Of a stretch of DNA of 64,000 nt, positions 53,957 through 62,061 are shown in pieces (positions within the stretch are counted from its first letter, which is position 1; each line of letters begins with the position of its first letter). The stretch spans positions 32,001 to 96,000 of the forward strand of contig JBCBZJ010000001.1 in assembly GCA_039815375.1 (NCBI GenBank), in the 5' to 3' direction. The position numbers and the translations under genes are program-made. The DNA comes from Verrucomicrobiota bacterium. GTDB taxonomy: Bacteria; Verrucomicrobiota; Verrucomicrobiia; Opitutales; Coraliomargaritaceae. The notes under the pieces were generated by a model. It did no database searches, was not told where the DNA came from, and saw only the letters and a list, made by a program, of their open reading frames with translations.

Positions 53957-54817
53957 CTAGGGCTGATTCGGGTTGATTGAGTAGGAGCCATTCGACCGAA
54001 TGTAGAAAATGCTTTCTTGCTCGGTATGAGAATCGATTTGATGGGTCGCATCACCCGATGAGCTGAGGTAGCTGCCCGGATCTAAAGTCACTGTCTCTTC
54101 CCCGTGATATTCCGGCTCACCGGAGATCGTTACGAGACGAAAGGTTGAGCCGGTGCTTTCGATCAAGCCGCTGAAGCCAGCTGGTAGCTTGATAAAGGTT
54201 CCGTAGTCAGAACCACCTTCGGGATTGCCCCAAAGGTAGGCAATTTTGGGTCCATCCGCTTCAATGGGTAAGCCCGGTGGCGTCACCCAAACGATGTTGG
54301 AGGTATGGACGTTGACGGGCCGCTCGCCGCTATCGAAGGCCTCCGCAGGTGGCATCACAAGGTAGGGGCCGGTGTCGATCTCGACGAGTGCGATCACCGG
54401 CTCTCCCTTGGCTGAGGTGATATGCACTTCGCCCTTGGGTTGTGTCCAAAAAGATCCCGGCGACATCCACATGTGCGCGGCGTCGGGATCGTCATTGTGG
54501 ACGAGGCCGCTAATGACTACGGCACGATAGGTGACATTGTGAATGTGCGGTGGCGAAGAAAATCCATCCACGAATTTTGCGAGGAATCCTGTGGGGACGA
54601 GCCCATCGCTGCAAAAGGGGCAGACGGCCCAATCGCCATTTTCAGGTTCAAAGGCAGCCTTGCGATCGCCCCAGAGTGTCCCGGCCTGCGGACTCTGGTC
54701 GCCACGAGCCGGATTGAGCTTCTCCCAGTCGACGTCCGATACCTGAAGGATCGTCGTCTCGGCAACGAGAGCGACAGATGAAAAGGCGAACGCGGCGAGC
54801 AAAACTGTCTTTTTCAT
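53957..54817 (-). CDS. Exported double-cupin protein (DUF4437-like)
   Basis: Signal peptide, [36 protein letters not shown]. Confidence 0.8.
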   Translation of the reverse strand: MKKTVLLAAFAFSSVALVAETTILQVSDVDWEKLNPARGDQSPQAGTLWGDRKAAFEPENGDWAVCPFCSDGLVPTGFLAKFVDGFSSPPHIHNVTYRAVVISGLVHNDDPDAAHMWMSPGSFWTQPKGEVHITSAKGEPVIALVEIDTGPYLVMPPAEAFDSGERPVNVHTSNIVWVTPPGLPIEADGPKIAYLWGNPEGGSDYGTFIKLPAGFSGLIESTGSTFRLVTISGEPEYHGEETVTLDPGSYLSSSGDATHQIDSHTEQESIFYIRSNGSYSINPNQP

Positions 54818-54870
54818 AGTTTCGGTGTACCCACGTTGGAGACCTCGAACAAGCGCTCTTGTTCAAAGAC

Positions 54871-55146
54871 TTAGCTCAGAGTTTGATAAATGAGCCAGCT
54901 CCAAGCAACTATGCTTATTGTTAGGACGAGACCGAGCTTAAGCAGATAAGAAGGCTTCTTCGATTTATGGCGGACTGTTATGACGCCAAAGATCGCGCCG
55001 AGCGGCCCTAAAAACGACGCGATCAAAAGATGCATCTCCGAAATGCGACGCTTCCTCCGTTTCGCCAACCACTTGTCGATCATATAGAGCATCAAGGTTA
55101 AAATGCTCAGCATGAGCAGCAAAGCGATGAGCTGATTCGTCATCAT
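54871..55146 (-). CDS. DUF1294 family membrane protein
   Basis: YMIDK..A..RKRRISE..L...GPLGA......RHKSKK. Confidence 0.85.
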   Translation of the reverse strand: MMTNQLIALLLMLSILTLMLYMIDKWLAKRRKRRISEMHLLIASFLGPLGAIFGVITVRHKSKKPSYLLKLGLVLTISIVAWSWLIYQTLS

Positions 55147-55192
55147 ACAATAAGTGATTATGTCATTTTGAGAGACCATTCCGGTAGCGGGC

Positions 55193-55222
55193 AAGAAAAA
55201 GCCCGTTCGTGCGAACGGGCTT
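55193..55222 (-). terminator. Terminator after glyQS
   Basis: AAGCCCGTTCG-TG-CGAACGGGCTT with an adjacent A-run. Confidence 0.8.
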
Positions 55223-55246
55223 GAAAGGTTTGAACTGCTGATTGAC

Positions 55247-56788
55247 TTAACCGTCGATCTGTTCTTCGAGGAACTTGATGAGTTCTTCTTCGGTGACGCG
55301 GCGTTGTTCGGTTGAGTCACGGTCGCGGAGTGTGACGGTGCCGTCTTTTTCGATCGTGTCGAAGTCGATGGTGATGCCGAAGGGTGTGCCGATTTCGTCC
55401 TGTCGGCGGTAGCGCCGGCCGATCGCGCCGGAGGCATCATAGAAAACGTTCCAACGCTTCTGTAGCTTGCGGTAGAGCGCGTCGGCTCGCTCCACGAGCT
55501 CGGGTTTGTTTTTCAGTAGCGGGAAGATGGCTGCCTTGTAGGGTGCGATCCTCGGGCTGAACTTGAGCAGGGTGCGCTTCTCGGCCTTGCCCTTGTCGTT
55601 GGGCACTTCGTCTTCGGTATAGGCGGCGGTAAGCACGGCGAGCAGGGTGCGGTCGACACCGAGGGACGGTTCGATGACGTGGGGCACATATTTGCTCTTG
55701 GTTGCTTCGTCGAAGATCTCCATGGATTTGCCGGAGTGCTCCTGATGCTGCTTCAGGTCGTAGTCGGAGCGGCAGGCGATGCCCCAAAGTTCCTGCTCTC
55801 CGTGTGGGAAATGGAACATGAGATCGGTAGTGGCCTGCGAGTAGAAGGCGAGCTTGTCCTCGGGGTGGATGTCCTCGGTGATGGACTCGCGCGGCAGGCC
55901 GATGGAGACGAGCCAATCGATGCACTGGTCGAGCCATTCGCGGTGGAGTTGCTTCCAGTCGGCTTCAGGCGCGATGAAATATTCGATTTCCATTTGCTCG
56001 AACTCACGCGACCGGAAGATGAAATTACGCGGCGTGATCTCATTGCGGAAGGCTTTACCGATCTGGGCGATACCGAAAGGAATCTTCACGCGACCGGTGT
56101 CGACCACGTTCTTGTAGTTGGCAAAGATACCCTGAGCGGTTTCGGGGCGAAGGTAAGCGGCTGCAGAGTCGTCGGCGAGTGGGCCGACCTTGGTCTCGAA
56201 CATGAGCTTGAACTCGCGTGGTGCGGTTAGTGTGCCGACTTCGGTAGCGTCGGGGCCGAGTGTCTTTTCGCGAGAAGCGTCGTCGGACTCGGTAAATTCG
56301 ATGGCATCGCTGACCAGCTTCTCTTCGTCGAGCTTAGACTGCTTTTTGCCCATAGAGTCGCGGAGTTTTTTGGCCTGCTTTGTGATCGCCGAGCTATCGG
56401 CACCTTCTACAAAGGCGACATAGCCGCAGTCCTCACCGTCGAGGATGACGGGTGCGTAGAAAAGCTGGTCCGCTCGGTAGCGGAGCTTGGACTCTTTACA
56501 GTCGACCATCGGGTCGGAGAAGCCATCGACGTGGCCGGAAGCCTTCCAGATCGCCGGGTGCATGATGATGCTGGAGTCGAGGCCTTCGATATCGTCACGG
56601 CGGTGCACAAAGTCGCGCCACCAGGCCTGCTTGATATTATTGCGCAGCTCCACACCGAGTGGGCCGTAGTCGAAGAAGCCGTTGTAGCCACCGTAGATTT
56701 CGGAGGAGGGGAAGATGAAACCGCGGCGCTTACAGAGGCCGACGAGTTCGTCCATGAGGCTTTCGTTGGATGCAGTGGGAGCTGTCAT
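55247..56788 (-). CDS. glyQS: Glycine--tRNA ligase (alpha2 type)
   Basis: CKRRGF...[49 protein letters not shown]. Confidence 0.97.
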   Translation of the reverse strand: MTAPTASNESLMDELVGLCKRRGFIFPSSEIYGGYNGFFDYGPLGVELRNNIKQAWWRDFVHRRDDIEGLDSSIIMHPAIWKASGHVDGFSDPMVDCKESKLRYRADQLFYAPVILDGEDCGYVAFVEGADSSAITKQAKKLRDSMGKKQSKLDEEKLVSDAIEFTESDDASREKTLGPDATEVGTLTAPREFKLMFETKVGPLADDSAAAYLRPETAQGIFANYKNVVDTGRVKIPFGIAQIGKAFRNEITPRNFIFRSREFEQMEIEYFIAPEADWKQLHREWLDQCIDWLVSIGLPRESITEDIHPEDKLAFYSQATTDLMFHFPHGEQELWGIACRSDYDLKQHQEHSGKSMEIFDEATKSKYVPHVIEPSLGVDRTLLAVLTAAYTEDEVPNDKGKAEKRTLLKFSPRIAPYKAAIFPLLKNKPELVERADALYRKLQKRWNVFYDASGAIGRRYRRQDEIGTPFGITIDFDTIEKDGTVTLRDRDSTEQRRVTEEELIKFLEEQIDG

Positions 56789-56848
56789 AAGGCGCGGAAG
56801 GATGAGCTTTGCCTATTCGGGGTCAAGATCGGAGGCGGGCCAAGCTCA

Positions 56849-56866
56849 TGACAATATCCTGACAAT
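56849..56866 (+). promoter_or_regulatory. Direct repeat TGACAAT-N4-TGACAAT (putative response-regulator site)
   Basis: Two identical heptamers with an 11-bp period in the divergent glyQS / 56922 intergenic region. Confidence 0.45.
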
Positions 56867-56921
56867 CCTTTTACGCCGCGATGACGACTTCCGGTGGCCA
56901 GTCAGGTATGATGCTGCCGAA

Positions 56922-57287
56922 ATGAAAAGGATACGCGCGCTTCACCTCTATCTTGGCTGCTTCTTTGCACCGCTGCTTTCATTTTTCTGCATTTCCGGGA
57001 TTTGGCAGATGTTCTCCCTACACCGGGGAGCCGAAAGTCCGAAAGCTCTCGCGGTATTATCGACATTGCACACGACGATGGGGCTCAAGTCTGGAGATAA
57101 TCTGAGCTACTGGTTCACCGATTTTATGACCATTGCGATGAGCCTGGCGCTTCTACTGACGATAGCACTGGGCGTCTATATCGGGTTCAAATCGGCAAAT
57201 CGAGTGAAGGCACTTTATGCCTTATCGCTGGGCATTCTGATCCCCGTGGTTGCGATCTCCATATCCTATTTTGCTGTTGGCCAGTGA
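56922..57287 (+). CDS. Small PepSY-TM-like membrane protein
   Basis: RALHLYLGCFFAPLL..F.ISG, a second His in LSTLHT, three TMs. Confidence 0.7.
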   Translation: MKRIRALHLYLGCFFAPLLSFFCISGIWQMFSLHRGAESPKALAVLSTLHTTMGLKSGDNLSYWFTDFMTIAMSLALLLTIALGVYIGFKSANRVKALYALSLGILIPVVAISISYFAVGQ

Positions 57288-57321
57288 TGAGTCCGCATCT
57301 CTCAACCTAAAAAACGAACTT

Positions 57322-57897
57322 ATGATGAAACAGAACTCTCTTTATTTTTTGTGCTTCCTATCGCTCGCTTCTGTCATCCACGGAGTGGAGCCAGTCGAGG
57401 AGAGTGGACAACTTCCTGAGTTTGGAGATCATGAGTTGGAAATTTTCCAGATCGTCGGACAACTCGGTCTCTATGTTTGGCCTGCGATTGGAGACACCAC
57501 CAACATGGACAAGCTCTCTCTTGGCCAATTGGAGGAATTCCTAACCTTCGCAGTGAATCGCAAGAAGGAAGACTTATTCGGTATCGATGAAATAGGAATA
57601 CTTCACGATATCACAAATCCAACTGTTATCGTCGATTCACGAAGAAGGTCTGGCTTATCGGATGTATCTGAAATCAACAAATACGTCGTTCGAGCCGATG
57701 CTTTGCTTCCAGAATATGAAGTCGAAATCCACGTTCGTGAAGTCATACGCAGCGACGGTCAGCAGAGCTACCTGGTCTACGTGATTCAGAAGATGAATGG
57801 CCTATTTGAGAACCTCATCGTTCTTGGTGGCCGGGGGCAGGGTGAAGGCTACAGGCGTAACATGAACAATTGGTCCGGGGCCGATCCGCAAAAATAA
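57322..57897 (+). CDS. Hypothetical exported protein
   Basis: Signal-peptide-like MMKQNSLYFLCFLSLASVIHG; no motif recognised. Confidence 0.6.
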   Translation: MMKQNSLYFLCFLSLASVIHGVEPVEESGQLPEFGDHELEIFQIVGQLGLYVWPAIGDTTNMDKLSLGQLEEFLTFAVNRKKEDLFGIDEIGILHDITNPTVIVDSRRRSGLSDVSEINKYVVRADALLPEYEVEIHVREVIRSDGQQSYLVYVIQKMNGLFENLIVLGGRGQGEGYRRNMNNWSGADPQK

Positions 57898-57977
57898 GAT
57901 CAGACATTTACAAGCACAGGTCAGCGCTAAGCACTCATTTTTAACTAAAAGAACCAGAACATGAACCAAATATAACT

Positions 57978-58643
57978 ATGAAATACACGACACTCATTCT
58001 TCTTCTTATAGCTCCATTGGTTTCCTTCGCAGAGGCTAAATCCGGCAAGGTGAAAAGCGCAGAACCGACTCTCAACGAGTGGGTTGTAACATCTCGGTTA
58101 GTAATGCCGGCAAAGGTCAGCTTCGATGACTTCAAAACACTTGTTACTGAGGTCGAACCGCATCGCCAGAAAAGGTTGATAGATCTGGATACGTTCCTCG
58201 AGATGAGCAAAGAGCCGGACGTCATCGTTCTGGATTCGCGCTCAGCATTTCGCTACGAACGCATCCATCTGAAAGGTGCGAAGCATTTAGCCTTTGCCGA
58301 TTTTACGCAGAATAATCTGGCTCAGTTGATTCCGAATCCGGACACGAAGATTTTGATCTATTGTAATAATAACTTCGCTGGCAACCAGATGGACTTCGCA
58401 TCGAAGGTCGCGCGGCTGCCTACTGCCGAATCTATGGCGGGCACGGAGTTTGCCGTGCAGGAGAAGCCAATCATGATGGCGCTGAATATTCCCACCTACA
58501 TCAACCTGTATGGCTATGGCTACCGCAATGTGTATGAGCTTAACGAGCTGGTGGATGTGAATGACTCCCGGGTTACTTTCGAGGGCACGACGACCCTGCC
58601 TGTGTCACTTTCGTCGCTGCCGTTACCATCCGCGTTGAAGTGA
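57978..58643 (+). CDS. Exported rhodanese-like domain protein
   Basis: Signal peptide, IVLDSRS..RY...HLKGA.HL, ILIYCNNNF, YGYRNVYEL. Confidence 0.85.
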   Translation: MKYTTLILLLIAPLVSFAEAKSGKVKSAEPTLNEWVVTSRLVMPAKVSFDDFKTLVTEVEPHRQKRLIDLDTFLEMSKEPDVIVLDSRSAFRYERIHLKGAKHLAFADFTQNNLAQLIPNPDTKILIYCNNNFAGNQMDFASKVARLPTAESMAGTEFAVQEKPIMMALNIPTYINLYGYGYRNVYELNELVDVNDSRVTFEGTTTLPVSLSSLPLPSALK

Positions 58644-58702
58644 AATTGGTGGATGGAGCTTCTTGTTTGGAATCGGCAGCGACTGCTACTTTCTCTAGAA
58701 TT

Positions 58703-59137
58703 ATGAAGAAAATACGATTTGCGATTTTCCTCGCACTTTTTCCGGCCTGTCTCTTTGGCGGAGGGCCCAGTGCGGAAGTAACCGCTCAAGTCAATGCTGT
58801 CGAAGTTGGGGAGGACTTCATTACTTTTGCACTTTATGGAGAAGCCCGTCTGTTCGTTTCAAAAACAAGAGAGGAACGGAGACTAAGCATGGACGGTGGT
58901 AATGCGAAATGGGTTTCTTTGAGATTTGAAAATCGTTTTCTAGTTATCCGCAGGCCTGTCGATCCCGTTCCCGGATTCTCAAGAGATTGGGAAGATCAGA
59001 AGGCGAAAGCGTTTGAGCTTAAAGGAAAGAAAGCATTCTTCCAACTTTGGGGGACCAAGTCTACCGTCGAGAATTCCATGCTTGACCGGATTGATGCGGA
59101 GGGTGCGAGTTTTAGAGGGGCGGTAGAAGGGGATTAG
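58703..59137 (+). CDS. Hypothetical exported protein
   Basis: MKKIRFAIFLALFPAC signal peptide (possible lipoprotein). Confidence 0.6.
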   Translation: MKKIRFAIFLALFPACLFGGGPSAEVTAQVNAVEVGEDFITFALYGEARLFVSKTREERRLSMDGGNAKWVSLRFENRFLVIRRPVDPVPGFSRDWEDQKAKAFELKGKKAFFQLWGTKSTVENSMLDRIDAEGASFRGAVEGD

Positions 59138-59204
59138 TTCTCCTTAGTTTTGGACCTAATTTTTCATTCTAGCTTCTGATTATTTTTTCCGCAACGATTC
59201 GTCC

Positions 59205-61061
59205 ATGCGCGTTCGCCCCGTAATATTTGCCTGGTGGTTGCTTCTAGCGGCCACGGTGTTGATGGCTGCGGCGGCCTGGTGGCTGCTTGGTCGGGAGGCG
59301 GACCGTGTCGAATCACTTGCTGCGGGCACGTTGGCCAACCGAACGGCGACGGTTGCCGATAGCATTGATCTTCTTATGGAGGAGGTGCGCGGTGGGGTCG
59401 CGGATGGTTTGCTCTCGGTCCGGGATGTGCGAGAGCCGCGCTTTGCTCTGGCTGAGATGGTGGAAAGCAATCCTTACGTCTCGGTGGGTTATTATTTCAG
59501 GGGGGGCGATTCAGTTACGGTATGGCTTGGCAAACAGGGTGAGCTGCCACGCCCTGGGGCGATTCTTCAGGCAGGAGCGTCTGGCGCGATTGAATATCCG
59601 TGGACACTGCCTGAGTTCAGTACCAATGACTCCGAAGCGTTCGCTCAAACTTTCACAGCAGACCTTGAGTCACAGAGCCTTGCCCAGTCGAAGGCACCTA
59701 GTGATGCGTACGACTATTTTTCTGAGAACACCGGAGTCGAGGACGATCCGGCAGATTTCTACAGCAGCAAACAGGGCGCGCAACTAGCACAGCAGCAGAT
59801 CTTGATTACAAAGAACGTAGCCTTGAAACAGCAGCGGGACAGGGTGCGGCAGGTCAATACGGATAATCTTCAAATCGAAGGGCAGCTCACTCCGGACGGA
59901 AGCCAGGTGAGTGTAACTCAGTCAATGTCCGGTGTATTGAAAAATCCACTACGCCGCGGGTGGATAAGCTACGATTTGGATGATGAGGAACAGTGGATGG
60001 CCTGGACGAATGTGCCTGATGGGGGCGACGACTATATCGGTGTCTGGCTGGATCGTGAGGTTGTCGTCGCAGAACTCTCCAAGGCGATTAATCTGTCCCA
60101 ACAGGACGGTATGCGCTTCCGTTTGGTCGATCCGGAGGGACGTATTGTGGGCGAAGATTACTCGCCGCTATACAAGAGTGCGGTCAGCATACCGGAACTG
60201 ACTTTGGCGGTAGGCAGTGCTTTACCTCTGTGGCACATCGAAACTTTCCGTGCGAATGGCGCGAATACATTTGGGGCAAGTTTTCGCTATGTCGGTGGGC
60301 TCTTCATCGGAGGGCTCAGTGCGACGATTCTGATCGGTTCAGCAGTCTTGATTTGGCAGGCTCAGCGCGATGCGCGTGATGCGCAGCAGAAGACAACGTT
60401 TGTCGCCAATGTATCGCATGAGTTGAAGACGCCGCTGACTAGTATCCGACTATTTGCCGACATGCTCTATGATGGCCGCGTGAAAGACAGCGATAAACAG
60501 CGGGAGTATCTGCAGAGGATGATCAATGAAACGCAGCGGCTCGGGCGACTTGTGAACAACGTTCTGGATTTTAGCCGTCTGGAACGCGGGCAGCGGAGGC
60601 TTAAGTCCGAGGAGATCGATTTGGGGCAGACGGTTGAGGAGATCATTAATTCTCAAAGTGAGCGTCTCAGTTTAGAAGGCCTCAATGTAAGCTATGTTGC
60701 ACCGGAGTCAGCCTGTCGCGCGAAGGTGGATCGCGACGCACTGGAGCAAGTCTTACTTAACTTGCTCGACAATGCTGCGAAGTATGCTGCCTCCGGTGAG
60801 CGTGCTGAAGTGGTGCTGCGAACCGATACCGGAGGATGGAGCTTGCAAGTGAATGACTTCGGTCCGGGTATCTTTGCTTCGGAGCGTAAGCATGTCTTTG
60901 CACCGTTCCACCGTTCGGATGACCGTCTGACTTCGGAGCGTCCGGGATGTGGTCTCGGTCTCAGTATCGCGGCTCGTCTTGCTGAAGAAATAGGAGGTTC
61001 GCTGGTGCTCGAAGACAATGTGCCGAATGGCTGCTCCTTCATCCTGAGAGTGCCCGCTTAA
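59205..61061 (+). CDS. Sensor histidine kinase
   Basis: Two TMs around a large periplasmic region; SHELKTPL, NLLDNAAKY, DFGPG, GCGLGL. Confidence 0.95.
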   Translation: MRVRPVIFAWWLLLAATVLMAAAAWWLLGREADRVESLAAGTLANRTATVADSIDLLMEEVRGGVADGLLSVRDVREPRFALAEMVESNPYVSVGYYFRGGDSVTVWLGKQGELPRPGAILQAGASGAIEYPWTLPEFSTNDSEAFAQTFTADLESQSLAQSKAPSDAYDYFSENTGVEDDPADFYSSKQGAQLAQQQILITKNVALKQQRDRVRQVNTDNLQIEGQLTPDGSQVSVTQSMSGVLKNPLRRGWISYDLDDEEQWMAWTNVPDGGDDYIGVWLDREVVVAELSKAINLSQQDGMRFRLVDPEGRIVGEDYSPLYKSAVSIPELTLAVGSALPLWHIETFRANGANTFGASFRYVGGLFIGGLSATILIGSAVLIWQAQRDARDAQQKTTFVANVSHELKTPLTSIRLFADMLYDGRVKDSDKQREYLQRMINETQRLGRLVNNVLDFSRLERGQRRLKSEEIDLGQTVEEIINSQSERLSLEGLNVSYVAPESACRAKVDRDALEQVLLNLLDNAAKYAASGERAEVVLRTDTGGWSLQVNDFGPGIFASERKHVFAPFHRSDDRLTSERPGCGLGLSIAARLAEEIGGSLVLEDNVPNGCSFILRVPA

Positions 61062-61067
61062 TTTTTT

Positions 61068-61769
61068 ATGGTCGATACAAAGCACATTCTAATTGCGGAA
61101 GATGATCCGAGCATTCGACTCGTTCTGGTTGATATACTGGAAGGCGAGGGCTACCGAGTAGCCGTTGTGGAAAATGGCGCGCGAGCGCTCGAATTATTTC
61201 AGTCCGAAGCTCTAGATCTTGCGATTCTGGATATCATGATGCCGAAGTTAAGTGGCTATGACGTATGTCGTGCGATCCGGAAAGAGAATGGCTCGATCCC
61301 TGTGTTAATGCTTAGTGCAAAGAGCGAGGAAATCGATAAAGTGCTCGGGCTCGAATTGGGTGCGGACGATTACATTACGAAGCCTTTTGGTGTGCGTGAG
61401 CTGTTAGCTCGGGTGAGTGCTGCTTTTCGCCGAGTCGAGTCCAGTGCTCCGGTGAAGGCGCGTGATACGGCGGTCCGATTTGGTGCAATCGAGCTCGATC
61501 GCGCACGGCGGCAGCTCATTGATGACGGACGTGAGATCACGCTGACGCATACGGAGTATCGATTGCTCATCGCCTTCGTGGAGCAGCCGGATCGCGCTCT
61601 GAGTCGTGACGAATTACTGAATGCAGCATGGGGCATCGACTACCAGGGCACAACGCGCACGCTCGACCAACACGTTTCACAGCTGCGCCATAAGATTGAG
61701 ACGGATCCATCCCAGCCACGTTTTATACTGACTGTGCATGGCTATGGATATCGCTATTGTCCTGAATGA
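61068..61769 (+). CDS. OmpR/PhoB-family response regulator
   Basis: IAEDD, LDIMMP, GADDYITKPF, winged helix RTLDQHVSQLR.KIE, TVHGYGY. Confidence 0.96.
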   Translation: MVDTKHILIAEDDPSIRLVLVDILEGEGYRVAVVENGARALELFQSEALDLAILDIMMPKLSGYDVCRAIRKENGSIPVLMLSAKSEEIDKVLGLELGADDYITKPFGVRELLARVSAAFRRVESSAPVKARDTAVRFGAIELDRARRQLIDDGREITLTHTEYRLLIAFVEQPDRALSRDELLNAAWGIDYQGTTRTLDQHVSQLRHKIETDPSQPRFILTVHGYGYRYCPE

Positions 61770-61890
61770 ATTGGTTGAGGCTCAAAGGTGCATGTATCGG
61801 CACGAAGTATATTGCTCCTTGTCCTAATCGTTGTCGTCATCCTAGTCGTAAATCTGGATTAACATTGATTCGAAACGAGTTTGACGCAGC

Positions 61891-61943
61891 ACCACCCCGA
61901 CCGGTCAAGCCGGTCACCCCTCCCCTTGTCGGATGGGAGGGGT
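61891..61943. repeat. REP-like double hairpin
   Basis: GACCGG-tcaag-CCGGTC followed by ACCCCTCCC...GGGAGGGGT. Confidence 0.55.
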
Positions 61944-62061
61944 TTAAGAGGAAAACGATGAACTTAAATCGAAATGGTATAAGACTAAGAACCGTATGGC
62001 ACCGGGTAAAACCACACCCTGCTTTATCGCGGTGCGGACAAAGGTTTGACTCTCCTCGCGT

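Noticed and set aside
53250..59200. Integron cassette array among the small accessory genes
   Set aside because: The spacers lack convincing RYYYAAC...GTTRRRY attC structures, there is no integrase, and the core gene glyQS sits in the middle.
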